Shown here one piece after another: positions 15,350-28,585 of a DNA stretch of 64,000 nt. The stretch's first letter is position 1. Each line of letters starts with the position of its first letter. The translations under genes and the position numbers were made by a program. The notes under the pieces are model-generated. The model worked only from the letters and a program-made list of their open reading frames with translations. It did not search any database and was not told the DNA's origin. The stretch is from the human T2T-CHM13v2.0 reference genome, Homo sapiens. Location: assembly GCF_009914755.1 (NCBI RefSeq), contig NC_060927.1; one strand, written 5' to 3'.

Positions 15350-15960
15350 CCCGCCCCCTCCAGTCCAGCCTCTACACTGCAGCAGAGGGATTAGTCTAAA
15401 ATGCAGATCTTATCAGGTTGTTTTCTGGCCTAAAACCTTCCCATGGCTCCCCACCACCCAAGCTCTTTGCCTTGACCCATGAAGCCCCATCCACCTGTTC
15501 TGAGGTTGCCTGTGAGTCCCTCTTCCATCCTTTGGCCACTGCACTCTCCCCTCTCAAATGCTAAACTCCTACCACACTGGACATTTCTTTGTGCCATGTT
15601 CTTGCACCGCACTGGGGCATTTGATCTTATAGATCCCTCTGCAAGAAGCACCTTTCTCCCCTTCTGGCCACCACCACCCCCAATCAAAACACATCTTCTG
15701 GGTTTTCTCCTGTTTATTCTTCAAGGCTGCACTTAACACATTGCTTCCCTGAGGAAGCCCTTTCCATACTCCCCTGACCCAGCTGGGTCAGCTGCCCTGC
15801 TTCGTGTTCCCACAATCTCCCAAGCTTCTCTCAGGGAGCATTTACCATAGTCCATTGTAATTATTTAAGAGTGTGTCTCTTCCACTGGACACAGGGAACC
15901 CCTTGAGGATAAGGACTGATTTTGAGTTGCTTATTATTGAAATTATGATGCTTGAGACAG
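15350..15960 (+). mobile_element. L2 3' fragment
   Basis: cactgcagcagagggattagtctaaaatgcagatct...cctaaaaccttcccatggctcc...ttccctgaggaagccc. Confidence 0.7.
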
Positions 15961-15981
15961 AGAAGGGGCTAAAGGGTCTGC

Positions 15982-16700
15982 TGGGTGGATGGATGGATGG
16001 ATGAGACCATGGCAGGTAGGTGGGTGGGTTGGTGGATGGATGGATGAATGGATGGGTAGGTGGATGAATGGGTGAGTGGATGGTGAATGGGATGGATGGA
16101 TGGAGGCATGGTAGGTAGGTGGGTGAGTTGGTGAATCGATGGGTGGGTGGGTAGATGGATGGAAGGATGGAAGCATGGCAAGTAGGTGGGTGAGTGTTTG
16201 GTGAAGGGATGGGTGGGTGGGTAGATGGATGGAAGGATGGAAGCATGGCAAGTAGGTGGGTGAGTGTTTGGTGAATGGATGGGTGGGTGGGTGGATGAAC
16301 GGATGGATGGAAAGATGGAAGCATGGCAGGTAGGTGGGTGGGTTGGTGAATGGATGGGTGGATGGATGAATGGATGGGTGGATGGATAGGTGGATGGATG
16401 GATGGGTAGATGGATAAATGGATGGATGAACGGGAGCATGGCAGGTAGGTGAGTGGGTGGGTGGGTGGATGGATGGATGGGTGGTTGGACGAATGGGAGT
16501 ATAGGCAGGTAGGTGGGTGCGTGCATGGACAGATGGGTAAGCGAGGAAACAGAGGGAATGATACATTGGTGGATGAATAATAAGAAAACAGATAATAAAA
16601 TAAATGGCGGAAGAATGGATGGGTGAGTAGGTGAATGGATGGATAGATGAATGATGAGAAGGCCGGATGGATGCACAGACAGACAGACAGATGGATGGAT
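15982..16700. repeat. (GGAT/GGGT)n G-rich simple repeat with ~70-bp higher-order units
   Basis: Read directly. Segments 16141-16210 and 16211-16280 differ at a single base. Confidence 0.95.
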
Positions 16701-16814
16701 ACAGTCCTTCCTCAATCGTTAGAGAGAGAAAAGCTCCAGTCTTTGGATTTCAAGGTTTGGAAGGTCCTTATACCTCTCCCAGCCCTTAACTTTAATGGTC
16801 ACAATAGCAGTAAC

Positions 16815-17385
16815 ATATTTTTAAATCACCTTTTTAAAAATTAAGGTCAAATTTACATAACGTAGCCAGGCGCAGTGGTTCACGCCTGTAATCCCAGCAC
16901 TTTGGGAGGCCAAGGTGGGCAGATCACTTGAAGTCGGGAGTTCAAGACCAGCTTGGCCAACATGGTGAAACCCTGTCTCTACTAAAAATACAAAAATTAG
17001 GTGGGTGTGGCAGCATGCACCTGTAATCCTAGGGGAGACTGAGGCAGGAGAATCGCGTGAACCCAGAAGCTGGAGGTTGCAGTGAGCTGAGATCCGGCCA
17101 CTGCACTCCAGCCTGGGCGACAGAGTGAGAATCTGTCTCCCAAAAAAAAAAAGCTAACATTTTAAAGTGAACAATCCAGTACATTCACAATGTTGTACAA
17201 TCACCACCTCTATCTAGTTCCAAAACATTTTCATCATTCACAGAAGATAACCCCATTAAGCAGTTTCTTCCCATCGTCCCCTCCCTCAGCCCCTGGAAAC
17301 CACTAATCTACCGTCTGTCTCTGAATTTGTCTTTTCCGGACATTTCAAAGAACGCAGTCATGCAATTTGTGACCTTTTGTGTCTA
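16815..17385 (-). mobile_element. L1MB/MC 3' fragment hosting an Alu
   Basis: cattcacaatgttgtacaatcaccacctctatctagttccaaaacatttt...cagcccctggaaaccactaatcta. Confidence 0.8.
16864..17152 (+). mobile_element. AluS
   Basis: Dimer with poly(A) tail and a small deletion in the right arm. Confidence 0.93.
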
Positions 17386-18429
17386 GTTTCTTAAATAAGG
17401 CTTTTTGTGGGCAATAAAAACTAGTTTCTGAGGGCGGAGAGGAATCTGTAAAGTGGGCATATGACACCCCCTGCCTGGCCACTCCTGCTTAGGAGACCAA
17501 AGCGCTCCTGGAAGCAGCAGGGGCTGACAAGCAGGTGGGGGAGGACCCCAGCGACGCAGGCTCTCCTGTGCCACTCACTAGCAGGCTGGACAGGGACTGG
17601 AGGCATGCTAAGGTCCCTGGTTGCCTACCACCTGGCTTAGGGTCTGGCACTCAGTGGAAACTTAGTAAGTAGGAGATGGAGTGGCCTTCACTGAGTGGCG
17701 TGAGGAGGGATAAAGATTCCCCCACCTCCTGGCTGTGTCGTGGTCCCAGAAGGAGCCTCTCTTTGCCATGCATCAGTCCCCACAGAGCCTTGCCGTGTGC
17801 CAGGAGCCTCAGCAAACCTCTTCACTTAATGTCCCAAACAACTCTACAGAGCGGCTATCAGAAGACGCATTAGCAGAAAGGTGGCCAAGCTGGGTTGAGT
17901 GTGTTCCCCAAGTATACAGCAACAGCCCCTGTGCTCTTTCCGCTGCAACATCCTGTCCCTTCTCTCCTCTTCCTCCTCTCTGCAGGATCCCTGCTATCGA
18001 CATATGATTCAAACCCTAGGGGATTTAGGCCCCTGTGTCTCATCCACAGCACCCTTTTTCTTAATCATTTCCTGCTGCCTCCGAGCCCCAGACAGGCTCC
18101 CTCTTTCCCGGCATCTCTCTATGCTCCCCTCTGCAGGCAGCAGCCAAAGACATCTCCGTGGTACAAGTCGGCCATCTGGTGTCTACATAGAGTATAGCAG
18201 CCACAGAGGGAAATCAAGGGTGAGAATTCCCTGCCAGGGCAAAAGCACGACCTCACCTCACAGCTCAGGGAGGAAGGTGCAGGGGATGGGGCCCTAATTT
18301 AATCTGGGCTCTCCATCTGTGACTTGCCCTGTGCTAGGTGCTTTACCTGCATTGATCTCAGTTAATCCTCACCTTGGTGCTACAAGAACTACTCCTTACT
18401 GTATGTAGTAGGGGCTCCAAAATACTTGT

Positions 18430-18720
18430 GATAAAAGGACAAATACTCTATGATTCTACTTACATGAGATCCCTAGAGCAGTCTAATTCATAGAGACAGA
18501 AAGTAGAATGCTGGTTTCCAGGGGCTGGGTGAGGGGAACAAGGAGTGAGGGTTTCATGGGTGCAGTTTCAGCTGGGAAAGATGGGAAGAGTTCTGGAGAT
18601 GGATGGTGGTGACTCTGCACAGCAATGTGAGCGGACTCAGTGCCAGCAAGCTGCGCACCTAAAAATAGTTAAATGGTAAATCCTATGTTACATATCTTTT
18701 ACCTCCATTTTTTAAATAAC
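18430..18720 (+). mobile_element. L1MB-type 3' end fragment
   Basis: aaaaggacaaatactctatgattctacttacatgag...attcatagagacagaaagtagaatg...ttctggagatggatggtggtga. Confidence 0.85.
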
Positions 18721-19362
18721 TATATGTGAGTGAATCAGCTAAGAAGAAATGAATAAATGCATAAGTGAATTGATGAATGCATAATGAAGATAATAATACC
18801 ATTTATGGAATACTTAGTATGTGCTAGTCATTGTGCAAAGTGTGTTTCAACTGAGAAGTGTTTTTATGAAGCCCCAACCCTGGCAGGCCCTGCTTGCGGC
18901 TTTTGGGATACAGCAGTGAGCTAAGTTGCTACCACGCTACAGCTGACATTTTGTGGGCGAGATAGTAAACAAGGGATATTAAAATATCAGACGGTGGTAC
19001 GTGCTATAAAAGAAAAAAAAGGCAAAGCGAAAGGATGGAGAATGGCTTGGAGGAAGGTGGGAGAGCTCCTTCTGATGGGCGTCATTTCAGTTTCACAGAT
19101 GAGGCATGGGAGGCTCGAGTGCTCCCCAAGGGTCACACATCTAGGAAGTGGTCCAGGCAGGAACTGAAGCCAGGTCTGTCAGAGCCCAGCCCTGGAGCTC
19201 CTAACCACGCCGTGACCACACCAGGGAACGGTGTTGTCTCTTGGCTCACACCCTGAGGCACGCACTTCAACCCTCTGAGGGCCTCAAAGCTGAGTCCCAG
19301 GGTAGGAGCGGGGTCTTCCTTTCCCACAGGCCGCCGGCTTCTGGAGGCGCAGATGGATCGTG

Positions 19363-19381
19363 TGTCCAGCAGGTGGCGCCG
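19363..19381 (+). promoter_or_regulatory. CTCF binding motif (candidate insulator or loop anchor) in a CpG-enriched patch
   Basis: CCAGCAGGTGGCGC at 19366-19379 matches the CTCF core CCASYAGRKGGCRS with no mismatch. The flanks (about 19300-19650) are CpG-rich and apparently non-repetitive. Confidence 0.7.
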
Positions 19382-19669
19382 CGGCCCGACTCGGGCGCCC
19401 CAGCAGAACCAGCCTGCCAGTTGAGTCTGTGCCAGGCTGGAGAGCGGGGCGCGGGCAGTAGGTACCTGAAGCGAGGCTCGGCCAGAGGCTTCGGGCAGAG
19501 ATGTGCTGCTGTCAGTCGGGCAGGCCAGCTTTAGCGGCTCAGCCCTGCAGGTCACTTCCAGTTATGGGACTTCCGCCCACTGTGAGCTTCCCCCTCTGAA
19601 TGCAACCGGGTTGTCCACCCCTTCCTCCAGGCTGCGGGAAAACGGCATGAGCCCACACCTTCATCCCTT

Positions 19670-21041
19670 TGAGAGGTGACAGCGTGCTGGCAGCCCTTGC
19701 TTGCTCTCGGAGCCTCCTCGGCCTCGTTGCCCACTCTGGCTGTGCTTGAGGAGCCCTTCAGCCCGCCGCTGCACTGTGAGAGCCCCTTTCTGGGCTGGCC
19801 GAGGCCGGAGCCGGCTCCCTCAGCTTGCAGGGAGGTGTGGAGAGAGCAGCGCGGGCGGGAACCGGGGCTGAGCGCGGCACTTGTGGGCCAGCGTGAGTTC
19901 CAGGTGGGCGTGGGCTCCGCGGGCCCCACACTCAGAGCGGCCGGCCGGCCTCGGGCAGTGAGGGGCTTAGCACCCGGGCCAGCAGCTGCGGAGGGTGCGC
20001 CGGGTCCCCCAGCAGTGCCCGCCCACTGGCGCTGTACTCGATTTCTCGCTGGGCCTTAGGTGCCTCCCCACGGGGCAGGGCTCGGGACCTGCAGCCCACC
20101 ATGCCTGAGCCTCCCCCAACGCCATCGGCTTCTGTGCAGCCCGAGCCTCTCTGACGAGCGCCGCCCCCTGCTCCACGGCACCCAGTCCCATCCACCGCCC
20201 AAGGGCTGAGGAGTGCGGGCGCAAGGCTCGGGACTGGCAGGCAGCTCCACCTGCAGCCCCTGTGCGGGATCTACTGGATGAAGCCAGCTGGGCTCTTAAG
20301 TCTAGTGGGGACTTGGAGAACCTTTATGTCTAGCTAAGGTATTGTAAATACACCAATCAGCACTCTGTATCTAGCTCAGGGGTTGTAAATGCACCAATCA
20401 GCACCCTGTGTCTAGCTCAAGGTTTGTAAATGCACCAATCAGTGCTCTGTCTAGCTGATCTGGTGGGGACTTGGAGAACCTTTATGTCTAGCTAAGGGAT
20501 TGTGAATACACCAATAGGCACTCTGTATCTAGCTAATCTAGTGGGGACTTGGAGAACTTTTGTGTCTAGCTCAGGGATTGTAAACGCACCAATCAGCACC
20601 CTGTCAAAACAGACCAATCAGCTCTCTGTAAAACAGACCAATCGGCTCTCTGTAAAATGGACCAATCAGCAGGATGTGGGTGGGGCCAGATAAGAGAATA
20701 AAAGCAGGCTGCCCAAGCCACCAGTGGTAACCTGCTCGGGTCCCCTTCCAGTCTGTGGGGTATTTGTTCTTTTGCTGTTTGCAGTAAATCTTGCTGCTGT
20801 TCATTGTTTGGGTCCACACTGCCTTTATGAGCTGTAACATTCACTGTGAAGGTCTGCAGCTTAGCTCCTGAAGCCACTGAGACCACGAACCCACCAGAAG
20901 GAAGAAACTCTGAACACATCCGAACATCAGAAAGAACAAACTCTGGACACACCGCCTTTAGGAACTGTAACACTGACTGAGAGAGTCCCAGACTTCATTC
21001 TTGAAGTAAGTGAGAGCAAGAACCCACCAATTCCGGATGCA
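19670..21041 (+). mobile_element. LTR12C (ERV9) solo LTR
   Basis: Starts tgagaggtgacagcgtgctggcagccc and ends aagaacccaccaattccggatgca. GC-rich 5' U3, tandem caccaatcagcac/ctagct repeats, agataagagaataaaagc. TSD CCTT/CCTT. Confidence 0.96.
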
Positions 21042-21889
21042 CCTTCAGCAGTGCTTCCTTGAGAACTTCCTGGGTGCCAGGCCGGGGGACTCAGCAGGAA
21101 ATAAAGCCTACAAACCCCGCTGCCCTCCCCTCAGGGAGGCTCCGTTCTTGGGGAGGGGAGACAAACAATAACCTAGAGGAACCAAGTGTGCGTTATGCTA
21201 GGGAATGGGATGTGGAGCAAATAATGAGATGGAGAAGGCAGAGGGGAAGTGTGTGGTCACAGGTTAGACGTGTAGACGGTCAGGCGCCAAGGAAGACCTG
21301 CTGAAGAGCGACCCTGGAGCAAGGGAGGTGAAGGGATGCACGGATGCACAGGGAAAGGCACCCAGGCAGAAGGGAGCCAAGGGGGTCAGTGGGCCTGGAG
21401 CGCCCTGAGCCAGATGAGTGTGGAGGGAGGGAGGTCACAGCAGGGGTGGGTGGTGCAGGGCTGTGGAGGTCATGGTGGGAGGAATTGGACTTGGACTCTG
21501 AAGGGGATGGGAAGCCAGTGGCATAATAACCCCACATCTCAGTGGTTTAAGCAACACAAGTTTATTTCGTGCTCACATTATCTATCAAGAGGGATTGGCC
21601 TGGGTGGGCGGGGCCCTTCACTTAGAGACCCAAATGATTTTATTAGGCTGTTTTCTTAGAAGGCATCAGCGTCCCAGCTAGGGAATGAGAGTGGTGAAAA
21701 GTGGAGCAGCAGCAAGTAAATGCTTCTGAATGAAAGTGACATTCGTCACTGCCTCTCATTTTTCATGGGCCAGAGTTTGAGGCAGGCCATGCCCCATGTC
21801 AAGGGAGAGGGGACATCAGATTAGTGACGGACAGCACCCTGCTAGTGCTATGATTTCCACGATAAGCCTCCATTCCCGGATCAATTTTA

Positions 21890-22190
21890 CTTTTTTATTT
21901 TTTTATTTTTTTTAGCTAGAGTCTCGGTCTGTCACCCAGGCTAGAGTGCAGTGGCGTGACCTCTGCTCACTGCAAACTCCACCTCTTCACACCATTCTCC
22001 TGCCTCAGCCTCCTGAGTTGCTGGGACTACAGGCGGCTGCCACCACACCTGGCTAATTTTTTGTATTTTTGTAGTAGAGACAGCATTTCACTGTGTTAGC
22101 CAGGATGGTCTCGATCTCCTAACCTGGTGATCCACCCGTCTCGGCCTCCCAAAGTGCTGGGATTACAGGCATGAGCCACCACACCCGGCT
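21890..22190 (-). mobile_element. Alu (AluY/Sc-like)
   Basis: Antisense dimer with gttagccaggatggtctcgatctcct. Confidence 0.92.
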
Positions 22191-22191
22191 A

Positions 22192-22816
22192 ATTTATTTT
22201 TTTCTTAGAGAGGAGGTCTCACTTTATCACCCAGGCTGGAGTGCAGTGGTGTAATCATAGCTCATATTGTGTCGGGAGTTGGTTGAAGCTGCAGACCTTC
22301 ACAGTGAGTGTTACAGCCCTTAAAGATGGCAGAGACCCAACGAGTGAGCAGTATCAAGGTTTATTATGAAGAGCAAAAGAACAAAGCTTCCACAGTGTGG
22401 AAAAGGACCCCAGCAGGTTGCCACTGCTGGCTGGGTGGCCAGCTTTTACTCCCTCATTTGTCCCCTCCCATGTTCCATTTTTGTCCTATCAGAGTGCCCT
22501 TTTTTCAATCCTCCCTGCGATTGGCTACTTTTAGGATCCTGCTGATTGGTGTGTTTTACAGAGTGCTCATTGGTGCATTTTACAATCCTCTTGCTAGCTA
22601 CAGAGTGCTGATTGGCGCGTTTTTACAGAGCGCTGATTGGTGCATTTTACAATCCCTCTTGTAAGACAAAAAAGTTCTCCAAGTCCCCACTGGACCCAGC
22701 AAGTCCAGCTGGCTTCAGCTCTCAATATCTGCCTCAGATTCCTGGGCTCAGGGGATCCTCCCACCTCAGCCTCCCCAGTGGCTGGGACTACAGATGTGTG
22801 CCATCATGCCCAGCTA
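22192..22816 (-). mobile_element. AluJ/FRAM-type right arm split by an LTR12F insertion (pieces 22192-22267 and 22725-22816)
   Basis: ...cagtggtgtaatcatagctc|ATAT...ATAT|ctgcctcagattcctgggctcagggg... reads as a continuous Alu once the LTR is removed. Confidence 0.85.
22268..22724 (-). mobile_element. Short LTR12-family solo LTR (LTR12F-like)
   Basis: Runs from tgtgtcgggagttggtt to ggcttcagctctca, with gctgattggtgcattttaca repeats. TSD ATAT/ATAT. Confidence 0.88.
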
Positions 22817-22820
22817 GTTT

Positions 22821-22859
<39 letters not shown>

Positions 22860-22969
22860 TAGTCATAAAACCTTCTCCTCCTTATTTGGAGAGCTGGGGA
22901 ACTACCTCTGCTTCCCAAGGAGAGAGGCTGAGCTGAAATCAGGTGAGGACCCTGAGGAAGAACTGAATC

Positions 22970-23365
22970 TGAAACTGGCCCAATAGTCCCATAGACTGTT
23001 CTTTTTGGTAAACTTAGAAATTGACCCTTCTGGGCTTAAAGCTTGAAACTTGTATTTGTTTTATCTGAAATCCTTCTTCAGGAAAGGACCTTCAGGCCTC
23101 TCAAAAAGCATCCAAGAACTGAAACTCACCAGATCACTGCACCAGATAGCAGACCCCTCATTTGTCATGATGGCTTATTTGGCCTTCCCTAGTTCTATTT
23201 TCTTACACATTGTTACATTTCCTCCCTGCTATGTAAAGCCCCAGTTTTAGTCAGGCGGATGGATTTGAGGCTGAGCTCCCATCTCCTGGGCTGCAGCACC
23301 CAACTAAAGCCTTCTTCCTTGGCAGTATTCACCATCTCAGTGATTGGCTTTCTGTGTGGTGAGCT
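22970..23365 (+). mobile_element. 5' LTR of the MER66-like provirus (U5 end missing)
   Basis: Aligns with 32448-32886 up to ttggctttctgtgtgg, then diverges into internal sequence. Confidence 0.85.
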
Positions 23366-23520
23366 CATGGCTTGGCTGCAGCGGGCTGGGAGTCTCACAA
23401 CCCCTCCTAAGCAGCTGCCCACACCAATTTTGGCTGGAGGTGAGTTTCAGTCTCTCTCCAGCTTTGCCACAGCCAGTCCCAATCATGTTCCTGATTGCCT
23501 TGGAAGAACTGTTTTTCTAA

Positions 23521-23892
<372 letters not shown>

Positions 23893-24023
23893 AGGAAATT
23901 TTTTAAAGAATTTCCATTTGCAGTTTGAAGGAGCCCAACTGGGAAAGGGAAACACCCTGACTGTTTTGGTGTGGACACTTTGGGGGCTTGTTTGTTGCTG
24001 TAGTAGTTGGATTGTGTTCTGGT

Positions 24024-24026
<3 letters not shown>

Positions 24027-24059
<33 letters not shown>
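24027..24059. repeat. (TG)n microsatellite, about 16 units
   Basis: Read directly from the sequence. Confidence 0.95.
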
Positions 24060-24060
<1 letters not shown>

Positions 24061-24523
24061 ATGGGAAATTAGACTTCAGTAAACTTGATATTCTTTTGAA
24101 ATACTTTCGGCCCCAATATTGTTTGAAATGTGGAGTTTGCTGTTGAATGGGAGAGTGAGATGGAGTCCATGTATCCAGGCTTTTGTGCTGCTGTTCTAAG
24201 TAGGGTTGGTCTTGGTTAGTATGTGATGCTCTCCCTTGGTGCTGTTTGACCCGAGTGTTCTTTGGAGTCTGGGGAGGTTTGGCCTTTGAAAAGCAAACTG
24301 CCATGGAAACTGCTTTACCCAAAACTTGGTTCACAGCCTTCACTGGATTACCTACTGGGGCGAAAAAAAGTATAACCATGTAAAACCGGTGAGTTTGTAT
24401 TGCTATCTCATGGCTAGAGTTCCAAGGTATTATAAAAGCTGTTGAATCATTGTGTGTGTGTATTCATGTCTAGATGTGTTTATGTGTATTTAAGTCACAT
24501 GTTGTATCTACCAAATTGGCTTA

Positions 24524-24994
<471 letters not shown>

Positions 24995-26047
24995 TCAGGG
25001 TTTGGCATAGAAGCTTATAAAACTGTAAACCCAGCCAAAACAAAATGATCTTTGTGCAAATTTTTGATAATTAAAACTAATTATGTTATTGGTTTAATGA
25101 AAACAGCTGAATCTTCTGAATTACTGGTGAAAATGCCCATGTAGTTAACTTTAAGATTCTTATTTTGATGAACACCTGATATTCACAGATTATAAAATGG
25201 TTAACAAGGAAATAACTAACCTTAAATGATGGTGCCTAATATCTCAGTTTTCAGAAGTAATCTAAATAAACTGTTAAAAACGAAAGAATTGAGTATATGT
25301 AAATGGAATAAAGGTTTTAGATAAATTTTTTGTGTAATTAAAAATCTTAAAATTATTTTTGATGCTCATTGGATACCTGGGTCATCTTCAATTAAGAAAG
25401 GGTTATGATATGGGGAAATATGTTTCCAAAGATTATGTAATTTTTATCTATAAAATGTTAATATCTGATTGTTCAGGATTTCTTCCTTCCTAGGGTTTCA
25501 CTACAATTTTAGTGTAAGAATTCTAGTTGACATATAATTCTATATAAAATGTGCCCAAAAAGATATTAGTGAGAAAAAGCATAATTTTGTCCAATTCAGA
25601 AGTTATCTAAAATTACTTCAAATTATGGACTTGAAAATGGTTATTTATGAAACAAGGTAGTAAGAAACCAGTAAGTAAGAGAGAGAGATGTGAAGAAAGT
25701 TGAATATGAAGATGTACTTTTGGTAAAAATGATTATAAAGAAAAGATAATAATTTTGTATGACAGAGGATCTTATATAGTTAATTTTCCTCCTGGAGTAA
25801 AATGACTCTTTTTTAAGAAAGAAGAAAAAGAAAGTCTAGGACTGAACAGAAAGCCCAGTCATGTCATGGATGGTCTGTATAAGTCAGACGTAGTTTTTCC
25901 TGTTTCTCTGTGTGTTTATCTTCATGCACATACAGAGAAAATAGAAAGTTGAAAAAGTTTAGATAATAAAATATTCTTTAAAACCTGATAGAAAATTGGA
26001 GAAATTCGGCTAATTAACATTTTCATAGTTAAAGCTCTTAGTCTTGA

Positions 26048-26817
26048 TGATAGGGGCAGAAGGCAGGGAAATATTAGGTAAAAAAGGGCAGGGTCCCTGG
26101 CAAGGGCTTCACCCTCAAGCCTGGACCCAGGCACAAAGTGAGAACATCCATTCTTGTTTTCCCACCCAAATGTTGCCTTTTCCAAAACCACTGTGGCCCA
26201 CTTCTCCCCACATCCTATACCCATAAAAACCCCAGTCTCCACTGGCAGAGTGGTGCAGCAGAGGAGAGAAGAGAAGAAGCAGCGTGACATCAATGAGAAG
26301 CAGCTTGACTTCAGAGGGATGGCTTGACAGTGGTGCCTCAGAGTCCCTGGCCAAACTCCAGGGGAAGACCACCTTCCCATTCCATCCCCTTTCCAGCTTC
26401 CCATCCCACTGAGAGCCACTTTCATCAGCAATAAAATCCTCAGCATTTACCATTTTCAATTCATTCGTGCAACCTGATTCCTCCTGGACGCTGGACAAGG
26501 ACCCTGGTGCGTGTGCAAGACGTTGTCAAACTGACCCTCCACTGAGCTGTCTAACACTTAAGCTGTCCATGAATGGCAAAACTAAAAGAGTGCACTGTAA
26601 CACATGGGGCTCTGGGGGTCATGGGCAACCCCTAGATGCTGCTGCAGGCCTGCACAGAGTTCTGCTCCTGCCAGTTGCCCAGAAGCACTCCTCCTTACCT
26701 CTGCACCCACTCACCTGTGTGCTCCCCCTCCCATGAGGGGTTGAGAGCTATAGGCTGAGTAAGCAAGCCACCCCTTCATGAATCCCACAAAGGGGTCAAG
26801 GGAACTATCTCATTTCA
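26048..26817 (+). mobile_element. ERV1 solo LTR (LTR27/LTR28/LTR1 family) nested in the provirus
   Basis: Starts tgataggggcagaaggcagggaaatatt and ends ggggtcaagggaactatctcatttca. TSD TTGA/TTGA. Confidence 0.82.
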
Positions 26818-27083
26818 TTGATGAAGGTAAAATAAGAAATATTGTAAAGAAATGCATAGGCAATATGACAATTCTTTTGCATTAGAATATTTAATAATTA
26901 CTAGTCGTGTGTCTAGAGTGAATTTCTGGATTGCACAGGATGTATAGTAATGTTGGTGGACTTAAGGATACTGAATTGTGTATCAGGAATAAAATATTCA
27001 TTACGTGGGGTTTTGGGGCTCTAGGTAACACTGTAGCCTCTGGGGTAGACCGAGTGGGGGAAAGGTTGGAGGTTTGGAGGTAG

Positions 27084-27476
<393 letters not shown>

Positions 27477-28585
27477 TAGATTTTTTTTAGCATCTAGTGG
27501 AAGGCTTTTATTTGGTTCTGTGAATAGTTATTTTGTTTCATATGAATTTCTAACAAGTTATCACTTATTCTATTTATCTGGAATGCCTAGGCTGCCTTTG
27601 TTGGGCCCGCAGGAATTGATGGAGCACACCAGCCATTTGGAATTTGGTTTGTTTTGCTTACCTCTGATGATGTTGAAATCTATGAGCCCTTTAAGGATCC
27701 TGGCAAAAATAAAAGACTTGTTTTTACAAGTTCTGAGCAGAAATAGTACATTACATATTTCGTTATTTGGAAAAGTAGGTATGTTTAAATGTAATAAAGT
27801 AGGCATGTTTTAAAGTAGTAGAAATGTTTAAGTGATGTTTTTTCCAAGGTAATTCAATTAAATCAATGATTTGAGTTGGTTTCAGATCTTTTCCTTTAAT
27901 GAGGAAAAACTGTGATATGGGTACAATTTTAATGTTCGAGAAAGACTGGCTTTGTCCTTAGGGAAATTATATTGGTTAGGATTTCTCTCAAACTAATTGA
28001 GTTGTGTTGATCATTATTAAAATTAAGGAATATTCATTTGGATTAAGTACTAATAAAAAATTCTGAGACTTTCTAGTGATCTCTGATCCCAGGCCATTTA
28101 TCACTGATGGACCTTCATGTGTATACTTGAAAACAAAATATGTGCAGGCGTTGCACTGGTTTGAAGATTTTGGTGGTGAAAATTACCTAATCAGCTGTCA
28201 CTACTGTCTCTAGAAACCAGTCTTGGAAATGTGGGATGATGCTCTTTTAAATAACTGAAAAGAAATTATTGTGTACTTGTCCTTACTTTGTCCTTGTGTT
28301 GTTGTGTGATATTTAAGTGAAAGGAGATTATTTATCCTCTTACGGAATTGACAAAACTGACATTTGCATTTATCATTTTTTTAATGATGGAGAGAAAAGC
28401 TGGCTGTCTTATTTTGCCATAGGACCTATCACTTTTTGATGCTTTTGGTCACAGTTTTGTCACTAGAATACTAGCAATTAGATATATGCAGTGAGTAACC
28501 TAACTACTTAATACAGTGGTTTGAAGTGCTGCAGGCAGTAACTCCTAAAGGCCAAATTTCAGTGTTTTAATTTGTAACATGTTAG

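Noticed and set aside
15842-16715. Three overlapping His/Pro/Ser-rich ORFs (160-248 aa)
   Set aside because: They are translations of the (ATCC/ACCC)n simple repeat in three frames.
19670-20300. CpG island or gene promoter (also 29600-30240 and 52309-52900)
   Set aside because: The CpG richness here is intrinsic to the LTR12C U3 region and is not evidence of a host gene.
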